Below are positions 48,375 through 56,918 of a DNA stretch of 64,000 nt, piece by piece. How positions within the stretch are numbered: the stretch's first letter is position 1; each line of letters begins with the position of its first letter. Where the stretch lies: assembly GCA_963714085.1 (NCBI GenBank), contig OY970229.1, forward strand, positions 704,001 through 768,000, in the 5' to 3' direction. Source of the DNA: an uncultured Candidatus Micrarchaeota archaeon (GTDB lineage Archaea; Micrarchaeota; Micrarchaeia; Anstonellales; Bilamarchaeaceae). A program made the position numbers and the translations under genes. The notes under the pieces were generated by a model. That model did not search any database, was not told the origin of the DNA, and worked only from the letters and a program-made list of their open reading frames with translations.

Positions 48375-49316
48375 TTAGGCAGAGTTCGGTCTGACAAGCC
48401 GTTTGAGTTCCTCCAGGATACTCAACTGCTCGGGAAGGTTGCGGGCCTGCGCGATTTTTATCCCCTGGCCGTAATCGCCGTTCTGTAGGCAGGCCTCTAT
48501 CGCTTCTAAAGACGCCTTTGCCAATTGGTCGGGACCGACCAGTGGGGAGGCTAACCGCATGATCGTTTCGAGCCTTGCTTGGATTTTTCTCTGTGCCTGG
48601 TCGATGGTGTAGCCGTGGGGCATCTTGCCTTCAGAGTATTCGGCTGCCATGCGGATCAGATATGTGAGCGCCGGGATGTACACCCGCTCAATTTGCTCGC
48701 ATTTAAGACGTGAATCATCATGAAGGCTGGTTTTTTCGCCAAGCAGTATGATGGCGCCGAGGTCTTTCATGTGCATGATACGCAGTTCTGCTCTGCTCGG
48801 TTCTCTGGGCAGCAAAAGAGGGGCCAGACTGTCGTAAGTGAACACCACCAAGAGATCTTTATTTATGACCTCGTCTGGCGCAAAGCTGTGCTGCACGCCG
48901 TGTTGAGTGTAATATGGCGCGAAACAGCTGAGTCTTAGGAGCTGCTCGCAAAGCTTGATTCTGCTGCCGAGGTACTCCTCGTACTTTGAAGCCACGAGAT
49001 CATCCCTGCCCACCGCATGGGCTTCCGCTTTAAAATCGGATAGTTCCGCCTGGAATAAACGCGGCTCGTCTCTGATGCGCTTAAACATGGAAGCCAGATC
49101 TGGAGCGCGGGCATCTTGGCGGCATTGGGCTGCCATCTCTATGAATCGCGCCTGCTCTACCCTTATCCCGAGTTCTCCGGCGATGTGCGCGCATAGCCTG
49201 TTTCTGTCCAGAGCGGGCAATTTGTTCATCACCGCAGCTCCGCCAGTCCTCTTGGAAACGCTACTTTTGTCAAGTGCATCGATTGTTAGGAATCCCATGA
49301 AGATATGATGTTGCAA
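48375..49316 (-). CDS. Hypothetical protein
   Basis: 313-aa helical-looking ORF, no motif recognised; start uncertain. Confidence 0.6.
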   Translation of the reverse strand: MQHHIFMGFLTIDALDKSSVSKRTGGAAVMNKLPALDRNRLCAHIAGELGIRVEQARFIEMAAQCRQDARAPDLASMFKRIRDEPRLFQAELSDFKAEAHAVGRDDLVASKYEEYLGSRIKLCEQLLRLSCFAPYYTQHGVQHSFAPDEVINKDLLVVFTYDSLAPLLLPREPSRAELRIMHMKDLGAIILLGEKTSLHDDSRLKCEQIERVYIPALTYLIRMAAEYSEGKMPHGYTIDQAQRKIQARLETIMRLASPLVGPDQLAKASLEAIEACLQNGDYGQGIKIAQARNLPEQLSILEELKRLVRPNSA

Positions 49317-49390
49317 AAAGAATAAAAATAGGAGCGTTTGGGTTGCTTCAGCGCGTGAGAGGAACGCGCATGCTGCATCAAAAGCGCTCG

Positions 49391-49777
49391 CTACGTGTGC
49401 GCTTCATGTTCAGCAGGCGCTAGCGGCTTGCGACCTGGTGCGGGCTTGCTTTGAGCCAAGGCACTTTGCCCGACCATTTTGTCCAGTTGAGCGACCTCGT
49501 CTGGCTTGAGTTTGGCTGCCATCCACAAGATTACGGCTCTCTGTCTAGGGGTGGCGGAACGGAGCACGGTGTCCATGTGCTGGCATTTTGACATTGCTTC
49601 GGATGTTTCAGGCTTCACGGTATCATTCGTGATGTTTGCTTCCAGCGCAGCGAGATTGTAAGGCTCAAGGTGCCGGGCTTCCCACCTGAGAGTAGCCTTC
49701 TGGAGCGGCGGGGCCGCATCCACTAATTTTCGTAGGTTTGGGGACGTTCTCCTGTTAGGAGCATGTGTTTCTGCCAT
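49391..49777 (-). CDS. Hypothetical protein with one copy of the same ~90-aa unit
   Basis: Start at MAETHAP; NLRKLVDAAPPLQKATLRWEARHL...AALE...ETSEAM...H...QLDKM. Confidence 0.72.
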   Translation of the reverse strand: MAETHAPNRRTSPNLRKLVDAAPPLQKATLRWEARHLEPYNLAALEANITNDTVKPETSEAMSKCQHMDTVLRSATPRQRAVILWMAAKLKPDEVAQLDKMVGQSALAQSKPAPGRKPLAPAEHEAHT

Positions 49778-49840
49778 TTGAATCACTGTACTATCATATA
49801 TTCGCAAACCTTTAACTCTTTTTCCTTCCAAGAACATCCC

Positions 49841-50611
49841 ATGCAACTGAAGACGCTGGTGCTCTCCGGCTATGGCATAAACTGCGAAGCCGAGTCGAAA
49901 TACTGCGTGGAGAACGCGGGCGGCGTCGCTGACATCGTCCATGTGAACAGACTGGTCGAGAACCCCAAGATGCTCGAGAGTTACAATATGCTCTTCATAC
50001 CCGGGGGATTCTCGTTCGGGGATGATTTGGGCTCGGGCAAGGTGCTCGCGAACAGGATCAAGTTCCGCATCGCGGACAGTCTCCTGGATTTCGCGAAGCA
50101 GGGGAAACTCGTGCTCGGCGTGTGCAACGGGTTCCAGGTCCTCGTGAAGATGGGCCTGCTCCCGGAGCCGGATTTCCATCAGCGCGTCACGCTCACGTTC
50201 AACGATTCTGGGCACTTCGAGGACCGCTGGGTCGCGCTGAAGGCGAACGAGCGCTCCCCGTGCGTTTTCACCAAGGGGTTGAAAACCATCCTGCTGCCGG
50301 TCAGGCACGGGGAAGGAAAGTTCGTGGCCGAGAGCAGCGAGACGCTCAGGTCATTGGTGGACAACGAGCAGGTCTGCCTCCAGTACGTGGATGAGAAGGG
50401 AGGGCTGGGCGGCTACCCATACAATCCGAACGGCTCGCAGCTGAACATAGCCGGCATATGCGACAAATCAGGCCGCATCTTCGGGACCATGCCGCATCCT
50501 GAGGCCTTCAACACCGTGCAGAACTGCCCCTACTGGAGCACCGGATTCATAAAAGAAGCCCAAGGGCTGCGCGTCTTCAGGAACGCAGCAGAGTATTGGA
50601 AAGATAAATAA
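49841..50611 (+). CDS. purQ: Phosphoribosylformylglycinamidine synthase glutaminase subunit
   Basis: GYGINC, PGGFSFGD, GVCNGFQ, RHGEG, NPNGS, MPHPE. Confidence 0.95.
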   Translation: MQLKTLVLSGYGINCEAESKYCVENAGGVADIVHVNRLVENPKMLESYNMLFIPGGFSFGDDLGSGKVLANRIKFRIADSLLDFAKQGKLVLGVCNGFQVLVKMGLLPEPDFHQRVTLTFNDSGHFEDRWVALKANERSPCVFTKGLKTILLPVRHGEGKFVAESSETLRSLVDNEQVCLQYVDEKGGLGGYPYNPNGSQLNIAGICDKSGRIFGTMPHPEAFNTVQNCPYWSTGFIKEAQGLRVFRNAAEYWKDK

Positions 50612-50624
50612 GAAAAAAATAGTT

Positions 50625-50882
50625 CTATTTCTTGCCCGAGCAGATGACCGCTTTCACGATCAGCACGACGCCGAGCAGTATGAGCAGTATCGGCCAGCCC
50701 GATGCTACAGTGCCCACCCACGAGAATCCCGGCACCACACCCATGGTGAAGGGCAGGGATACTATGCCCAAAGATGCGATTATGTACCCTGGCACGTGCG
50801 CATGCGGATGATTGCAACTGCCGCAATAGCATGACTTGGCTGCGTTCTTTACTGCTTTCGATCTCTTTTTCCTGGTCACCAC
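50625..50882 (-). CDS. Small membrane protein with a CxCxxCxH cluster
   Basis: Basic N-terminus, CYCGSCNHPH, two hydrophobic helices (WP.LLILLG); start uncertain. Confidence 0.55.
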   Translation of the reverse strand: MVTRKKRSKAVKNAAKSCYCGSCNHPHAHVPGYIIASLGIVSLPFTMGVVPGFSWVGTVASGWPILLILLGVVLIVKAVICSGKK

Positions 50883-50969
50883 ATCACCCCACATAAATAC
50901 TCTTATACACATTATTATTTTGATGGGAAAGGTTATTAAATGTTCTGAAAACTGTGCGGTGCGGTTTTA

Positions 50970-51443
50970 TCACATGCTCGAAGAGAAGATAAGGATGGCC
51001 GCAGGCACCAGCAGCCCTAGGAAAAGCATGTAGAACACCGTGTGCACGAGGTCGAGGAGCATGTGCAGCATGAACACGTGCGGCTCGTGCTTCGCGTCCA
51101 TGCGGTTGAACAGCCGGCCCAGGTATGCCAGGAGAAGGACCACCGGCAGGCCGAGGAGCCCTCCTGCGAGGAGAAGGCCATAATCGTGGGACAGCGCCAG
51201 GGGCGCCAGCCTGTACATGTTGAGGAGCAGGAACACGAATGAGGCGAGCCCGACCACGAGCGCAGCGATGTCCACGGCCTTCCCGTACCCGGGATACAAC
51301 CCCTTGGTCACGTCGTCGTCCAGTATCTTGAAGAAACGCGGCGCTTCCCAGATGACGAATGTGATCAGGAAAAGCACGGCTGCGGATGCCAGCCCGTCGA
51401 ATGTGAGGTACTGCAGGACGTAGAAGACGATGTCGAATGCCAT
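50970..51443 (-). CDS. Hypothetical multi-TM membrane protein
   Basis: Four hydrophobic segments; TATA upstream. Confidence 0.7.
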   Translation of the reverse strand: MAFDIVFYVLQYLTFDGLASAAVLFLITFVIWEAPRFFKILDDDVTKGLYPGYGKAVDIAALVVGLASFVFLLLNMYRLAPLALSHDYGLLLAGGLLGLPVVLLLAYLGRLFNRMDAKHEPHVFMLHMLLDLVHTVFYMLFLGLLVPAAILIFSSSM

Positions 51444-51509
51444 GCTTTGAGGTTGTCGGTCGGGATTTAAAATGCTTTTTATGGACTTGGTATATGTGGA
51501 GGCGATATT

Positions 51510-51746
51510 TTGAAGACAAACAAGCCGTTGATTTTCCTGAACGACGACTGCGATTGGTGCAAGGAGACGAAGAAGCTGCTTGACAGCGTCGGTGCGGACT
51601 ATGTCGCCCTGGATGTGCGGACCAACCCCATCGCGAAGGCGGTCGCAAGGAAGGCATGCGAAGGCCGCGAAGTGTGCATGCTGCTCAAGGGCGAAGTGAT
51701 CACAAAGTTCGACAAGAGGAAGATAGCCGACGCCATCCTGGACTAA
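51510..51746 (+). CDS. Glutaredoxin-like protein
   Basis: CDWC, ..LL...G..Y...DV pattern, 78 aa. Confidence 0.7.
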   Translation: MKTNKPLIFLNDDCDWCKETKKLLDSVGADYVALDVRTNPIAKAVARKACEGREVCMLLKGEVITKFDKRKIADAILD

Positions 51747-51815
51747 CGAAGCCCGCTTGTGCGATTGACGTAATGCTTTAAAACAGTTGGCTGGCTATTC
51801 TAGCTGGGAACGACG

Positions 51816-52505
51816 ATGGACAAGATCAAGGCTGAGATCGCGGGCGAGATCGCGCTTTCCGACGACCCAGGCGCGACCATGAAGAAGTGGCGCGACATAT
51901 TCGGAATCCCGCAGGTTGAGCTCGCCAGGCACCTCAAGATAACCGTGTCCACCATCTCGGATTACGAGGGCAACAGGAGGAAGTCGCCCGGAGCAGGGGT
52001 CATCAAGAGGTTCGTGAACGCGCTCTTCGACATAGACCAGCTCAAGGGCGGGGTATTGACCGCTAAATTCGCGGAGAAGCAGAAGCCTGTGAGCGACTTC
52101 TTCGAGGTGCACGAGTTCGCGAGGGCGATAACGCTCCGGGACTTCGTGGGGCTCATCAAGGGCCAGGTGCTCTCCAACGAGGATTTGGTGGATTCCGGGC
52201 GGATTTACGGCTACACGCTCATAGACAGCATAAAGGTCATCCTCGAGATGCCCTTCTCCTACTTCCAGAACCTCTACGGCAACGTTAACGAGCGGGTGTT
52301 CATATTCACCGGGGTCTCGACCGGAAGGAGCCCGATGGTCGTCATCCGCGTCTCGCCGTCCAAGCCGAGCGCGGTCGTGCTCCACAACATAGACGCCTCG
52401 AAGGTCGATAGGCTCGCGGTGAAGATATCCGAGAAGGAGCGCATACCCCTTATTCTTACGAAGGCGAGCATAGAGGAGATAAAGGACGCGCTGAACAGGA
52501 TTTGA
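51816..52505 (+). CDS. Archaeal XRE-HTH transcriptional regulator (COG1709-like)
   Basis: IAGEI.LS..PG.TMKKWR..F...Q..LA, ISDYE..RR.SPG, GYT.IDS, FTGVSTGRSPMV. Confidence 0.88.
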   Translation: MDKIKAEIAGEIALSDDPGATMKKWRDIFGIPQVELARHLKITVSTISDYEGNRRKSPGAGVIKRFVNALFDIDQLKGGVLTAKFAEKQKPVSDFFEVHEFARAITLRDFVGLIKGQVLSNEDLVDSGRIYGYTLIDSIKVILEMPFSYFQNLYGNVNERVFIFTGVSTGRSPMVVIRVSPSKPSAVVLHNIDASKVDRLAVKISEKERIPLILTKASIEEIKDALNRI

Positions 52506-52567
52506 GCCGTTTTTTAAAAGAAGTTAAATTCTATTAAAAGAGTTTAAACTAAACACTAACTTTATAA

Positions 52568-52589
52568 AGAATATATATTCTATTAATAG
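52568..52589. promoter_or_regulatory. Adjacent palindromes between the TATA box and ATG of the MNT-HEPN operon
   Basis: AGAATATATATTCT (52568-52581) and CTATTAATAG (52580-52589) after TTTATAAA. Confidence 0.4.
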
Positions 52590-52590
52590 T

Positions 52591-53151
52591 ATGACAAATG
52601 AGAAGCTCGACAGTTACGTGATCCTTCGATCGATGCGAATCGTGCTTTCGGAACCGGATCGGAAGTTTTCCATGGCATCGCTTGCAAAGGAGGCGAAGAT
52701 AGCTCCCAGCGCCGCGAAATATTCGCTGGAGTATATGCTCGCTGAGGGGCTGGTAAGAAAAGAAGTGATTGGCCACACGCACCAATATGCCGCTGACCTG
52801 GGGGGCTTTCTTACGCGGCAGTGGAAAATCCTGTTCTCTCTCCAGTCGATACGGAAAAGCGGGTTAGTGGATGAGATAGTGGAAAACGCGCCCCATGCGA
52901 GCAGCGTGACTCTTTATGGCAGCGTGGCCATGGGAACGGACGATGCGAAGAGCGATCTGGACATTTTAGTTATCATGGATGCCGGAAAGCCTGTTGCCGC
53001 GGGCAGGACAGCCATAGGCGGCAGGGAGCTTAACATAAGCACGTACAGTCCGATGGAATGGAGAAGGAAGGCGCAGAAGGACAAAGCGTTCTACGATAAC
53101 GTGATAATAAACTCCATAGCGCTTCATGGGGAGAAACCGGTGGTGCTGTGA
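52591..53151 (+). CDS. wHTH-fused minimal nucleotidyltransferase (MNT antitoxin)
   Basis: N-terminal HTH; LYGSVAMG....SDLDILV. Confidence 0.85.
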   Translation: MTNEKLDSYVILRSMRIVLSEPDRKFSMASLAKEAKIAPSAAKYSLEYMLAEGLVRKEVIGHTHQYAADLGGFLTRQWKILFSLQSIRKSGLVDEIVENAPHASSVTLYGSVAMGTDDAKSDLDILVIMDAGKPVAAGRTAIGGRELNISTYSPMEWRRKAQKDKAFYDNVIINSIALHGEKPVVL

Positions 53152-53585
53152 GCGAGGTTGCCGAGTGCTTTGTCAAAGGATTGCTGAAGAAGGGAAAACC
53201 AGACCTGGGAAAGGCCAGGCTCTCACTGAAGGTCTCGGAGCAGAATCTCGATGACGCGGCGACCCAGATCAATGCAGGGCTTGCCAAGTGGGCGTTCATA
53301 GCCGCTTACACTTCGATGTTCCACGCCGCCAGGGCGCTGCTTTACCGGGACGGGGTGAAAGAAAGGAGCCACTATTGCCTCTGCGCCTATGTCAAAGAGA
53401 AGTACCGCGGGGCGATCGAGGAGAAATACCTCAACGAGTTCAATGTCCTCAGGGAGCAAAGGCACCGCATCATGTACGGGGACGAGGGCATAAAGACAAA
53501 AGAGGTAGAAACCGTGGAGGCGGAGAGCGCGGTCGCGATAGCGAGGGGATTCCTGGAAGCGGTGAAAAAAATTATTTCGCCTTGA
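53148..53585 (+). CDS. HEPN domain protein (HEPN-MNT toxin partner)
   Basis: AYTSMFHAARALL, SH, R..RH..MY; GTGA overlap with MNT. Confidence 0.85.
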   Translation: MSEVAECFVKGLLKKGKPDLGKARLSLKVSEQNLDDAATQINAGLAKWAFIAAYTSMFHAARALLYRDGVKERSHYCLCAYVKEKYRGAIEEKYLNEFNVLREQRHRIMYGDEGIKTKEVETVEAESAVAIARGFLEAVKKIISP

Positions 53586-54552
53586 GCAAATTCCTATACC
53601 CCGGCGTCCATTCATCGGTCTTCATGACCACTGACTCGATGTTCTTTATCACGAAGGGGAATTCCGCCTTCACCACGTCCATGAGCTCGCGGTATTCGGG
53701 ATAACCGGATACCACGATTTCCGGCTCTATGTCCCAGATGTTCCTGATGAGGTACTGGATGCCCGGGAGCCCGGACATGTGGGCCAGAAGTTTCGTCTCG
53801 TCATCGTGCGTGTACCTCTCAAGATGCATTATCGCCTTGTAGTACTCAAGCCCGAGGATTTTGAAGTTGACTCCGATGCGGTACTGGATTATCACGCCGG
53901 ACTTTTCCATCTTCTTCATCCTCGCGGAAACAGTAGCGGGATTCGAGCCCGTTTTCGAAGCGAGTTCGGTGAGCGGAATACGCGCGTTGTTCACTATCTC
54001 TCCGAGAATCGCGTGGTCCAGGCTGTCCAGTTCGCTTTCGGCCATCTCGCCCGCGAACATCACCGGCTCACGCAGCTCCCCTGTGAAATACATTTTCGGA
54101 TACTGCTTCACGTCCACCAGGACGTCGTAGAAGTTCTTCACGATTATCTTCCCGAACTCGGACATCAACTCGTTCTTGAGCGTGTAGAACTCGTAGTCGG
54201 ATTTCGCGAAAATGCCGAATATCAGGTCCCATGCGCCGTCGCACTCGCCCATCCAGTACACTATGCCGGATTTCCGCAGGTAGTCGAAGAGCTTCTGCTT
54301 CTCCTCGGCGACGTTCCTGAGCTGGAGGTAGATCTTGTATATCTTGCAGCCCATCCTGTGCGGGTTTATGGATGTGTTGAAGCTGGTTATGATGCCGCGC
54401 TCCACGAGGCGCCTGATACGGTATTCCACGCTCTGGCGGGATTTCCTCGTGAGCTTCGCGAGCCTGTTCATTGGCACGCGGCAGTTCCTGTCAAGTTCGG
54501 TTAGGATTATCCTGTCGGCCTTGTCGAGCTTTTCCTTGAATGTATGTGCCAT
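53572..54552 (-). CDS. Tandem (double) Lrp/AsnC family regulator
   Basis: Two HTH units (LDKADRIIL.EL..NCR; LDSLD..IL..I..NAR) each followed by a RAM-like domain. Confidence 0.88.
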   Translation of the reverse strand: MAHTFKEKLDKADRIILTELDRNCRVPMNRLAKLTRKSRQSVEYRIRRLVERGIITSFNTSINPHRMGCKIYKIYLQLRNVAEEKQKLFDYLRKSGIVYWMGECDGAWDLIFGIFAKSDYEFYTLKNELMSEFGKIIVKNFYDVLVDVKQYPKMYFTGELREPVMFAGEMAESELDSLDHAILGEIVNNARIPLTELASKTGSNPATVSARMKKMEKSGVIIQYRIGVNFKILGLEYYKAIMHLERYTHDDETKLLAHMSGLPGIQYLIRNIWDIEPEIVVSGYPEYRELMDVVKAEFPFVIKNIESVVMKTDEWTPGYRNLLKAK

Positions 54553-54694
54553 GATTTTGCTTTTTGATTAGTTTATATTATTAAACCTAACTTTTTGCCA
54601 AGAATTTCAACCACTAATTAATATATAAGTTCAGACACGACTAATACACGAACAACCACAGATAACTGTGGTGTTCACGAGAGACGATTGAGAG

Positions 54695-55576
54695 GTGTTG
54701 GATATGGTTGACACGACAAAGAAGCTTGCAGACCCGCTTCCACAACAAGTGGCAGTGACGCAAGCAAAGAACGGATTCCGGGGGAAGGCGCCAATGTCAG
54801 AGGATGGCACCAGATTCGATTTCACGGCATTGATGTGGAACGTGTGCAAGACGGGTAAGCAAATGCCGAGGGATTGCACCGATTCCGATGGACTGAAAGT
54901 TACGGCACTGTTCTATGAGAGAAATTGCAGTATTGATAAAATTGTCGCACTTGGGAAGCCGGCAGTCAAACCGCTCATTGCGCATTTTCTTTTTGAGGAC
55001 CTTGACCATCCTTACCGGTATCTGAATTATGGGTCATATATGATACATATTTACGCGGCAAAAGCGCTCGGACGGCTTGGCGATAAGGAAGCAGTCGGGC
55101 CACTGATTGAGGGGCTTAAACACCCGTACGTGGAGATGCAGTACATTTCGGCGATTGCGCTCGGGGAGATTGGCGATGTCGCAGCGCTTCATCCGCTGAT
55201 TGCATTGCTTAAAAGCTCGTGTGAAGGCTTGGTGATCAATGCAATGGACGCGCTCGTACGGCTTGGCGATAAGGAAGCGGTAGAACCACTGATCGGATTG
55301 TTTAGACATAAAGAGTGTCACGTACGAGAACATGCAGTATGGGCGCTCGGGCGCTTGGGGAAACCTGCGGTCAAGCCGCTAATCAGGATACTGAAGAATC
55401 CTAGCAGGGGTATGCGGAGGGCATGGTCGGCGGAAACACTCGGATGGATCGGGAATAAGGAAGCGGTCGGGCCGCTGCTTGGGGCGCTTAAGGACCCAGA
55501 CATACATGTAATGAAAGCAGCTGCGGAAGCGCTCACGAGATTAATCGGTCAGGATTACCCTATCGGTCCTGACTAG
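54695..55576 (+). CDS. HEAT/PBS-lyase-like repeat protein
   Basis: Repeated A..ALG.LGDKEAV.PLI..L units; start uncertain. Confidence 0.85.
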   Translation: MLDMVDTTKKLADPLPQQVAVTQAKNGFRGKAPMSEDGTRFDFTALMWNVCKTGKQMPRDCTDSDGLKVTALFYERNCSIDKIVALGKPAVKPLIAHFLFEDLDHPYRYLNYGSYMIHIYAAKALGRLGDKEAVGPLIEGLKHPYVEMQYISAIALGEIGDVAALHPLIALLKSSCEGLVINAMDALVRLGDKEAVEPLIGLFRHKECHVREHAVWALGRLGKPAVKPLIRILKNPSRGMRRAWSAETLGWIGNKEAVGPLLGALKDPDIHVMKAAAEALTRLIGQDYPIGPD

Positions 55577-55618
55577 CTTTTTTCTTGAAGTCGTATGCCA
55601 TGATTTTGCTTTTTGATT
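55541..55618 (-). pseudogene. Frameshifted 5' remnant of a duplicated Lrp gene with its leader
   Basis: 23-bp exact repeat tgccatgattttgctttttgatt at 54547-54569 and 55596-55618; reads MAYDFKK(+1)KLVRTDRVILTD versus Lrp MAHTFKEKLDKADRIILTE. Confidence 0.75.
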
Positions 55619-55699
55619 GAAAATGTTTAAATAATCATCTTTTTAGCTCATTTTTTCAAATTAACTTTATTATGTACCAACTTCCATATTTTATCACAT

Positions 55700-56869
55700 A
55701 TGGAGGTTGACGACGTGCGAACCAAGAAACTTATGTTCCCGGAAGTGAAACCGGTCTTCACCGGTCTAAAAGTTCCTGCAGGTTTCGTCAACGATGTCCG
55801 CGGATGGACTTTCGGCCGCCTGGAAGTCGAAGATGCAGCGAAGAACGGAAAGCTGCTCACTATGGACATAGACATGGCCGGCAAAGGGGCCTGCAGCCTG
55901 AGATGCGGGCACTGCTTCCGCAGGACCGCGGAGTTCAAGAACGAAAAGCGGATGGATTTTGCCGAACTGACGGCACACCTGCGTGAAGCGAAGGGGCTCG
56001 GCCTGCGGAGCGTCAAGCTGATCGGGCCGGGAGAGCCGCTCGAGGACAGGGGCTTGCTGGGTTTCCTCAGGATGCTTCGTGAGATGGATATTACTCCCCT
56101 CGTATTCACCAAGGGGCACGTACTCGGAGACGACGATTTTTCGCAGGGCCGCCATGGGATGGATGGACAGGCTCTCTGCGCGGCACTCAAGGACCTCGAT
56201 ACTTCCATCCTCCTTGGCACGACCTCGTTCGACCCGGCGACCGAAGACGCGATTGTCGGCCGCCGGAGTTACCATGAGAGAAGGCACATGGCGATAGAGC
56301 GGATATGCGAGGCGGGTTTCAATGCTTTCACCCAGAACCAACCGACGCGGCTCGCTTTCGTCTGCACGCCCGTCACTCCGCTTAACATAGACGAAGCGTT
56401 CGCGATATACGAGTTCGCGCGCGCAATCCACGCCCAGCCAATACTGGCTCCGACCATGGTCGCCGGGAGGGCGCTCGACAGGCTCTGCGACATGATTCCC
56501 TCCCCAGAAGACCTCGTAGAGCTGTATGTGAAGATAAACCTCTTCAATATCGAGCACGGCATCACGACGCTGGAGGAGATCGGTTCTGTCGGCATCACCG
56601 CTTACTCGGGTGCCGCGCCGTGCAACCAGGTCGCCGTGGGCCTGTTCCTCCGCGGGGATGGAAAGGTCCTCAGATGCCCGGGGGACGACATCAGCATCCA
56701 GGGGGACCTGCGCGAGCGCTCGCTCCGGGAGATCTGGGAGAAGAGCGAGAATCGCCGTATCTATGCCGGACAGTACAACAACGGATGCCCTCCGAAGAAG
56801 GACGTATCATTCCCCGTAGGGTTCTTTGAAACCGTGCTGGAGCGGGTGAAGGCGCACTTCGTGCAATGA
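55700..56869 (+). CDS. Radical SAM protein with C-terminal SPASM/twitch-like Cys
   Basis: CSLRCGHC, GPGEP, C-terminal C....G.....G.V..CPG...GD.....L.EIW...CP. Confidence 0.88.
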   Translation: MEVDDVRTKKLMFPEVKPVFTGLKVPAGFVNDVRGWTFGRLEVEDAAKNGKLLTMDIDMAGKGACSLRCGHCFRRTAEFKNEKRMDFAELTAHLREAKGLGLRSVKLIGPGEPLEDRGLLGFLRMLREMDITPLVFTKGHVLGDDDFSQGRHGMDGQALCAALKDLDTSILLGTTSFDPATEDAIVGRRSYHERRHMAIERICEAGFNAFTQNQPTRLAFVCTPVTPLNIDEAFAIYEFARAIHAQPILAPTMVAGRALDRLCDMIPSPEDLVELYVKINLFNIEHGITTLEEIGSVGITAYSGAAPCNQVAVGLFLRGDGKVLRCPGDDISIQGDLRERSLREIWEKSENRRIYAGQYNNGCPPKKDVSFPVGFFETVLERVKAHFVQ

Positions 56870-56918
56870 GCGGCAAAGCGAAAATATTTATATAACCTGA
56901 GCCCACATATGATTCCTT

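Noticed and set aside
49778..50308. 305-aa ORF 49391..50308 in the ORF track
   Set aside because: The 5' part is antisense to purQ; the real start is probably MAETHAP at 49777, which has its own TATA-like box
52591..53585. MNT-HEPN pair as a novel system
   Set aside because: Well-known and common archaeal toxin-antitoxin module
55060..55500. Short DNA direct repeats (cggcttggcgataaggaagc) suggesting a CRISPR array or DGR
   Set aside because: They are in-frame HEAT repeat codons; no regular spacers, cas genes or reverse transcriptase
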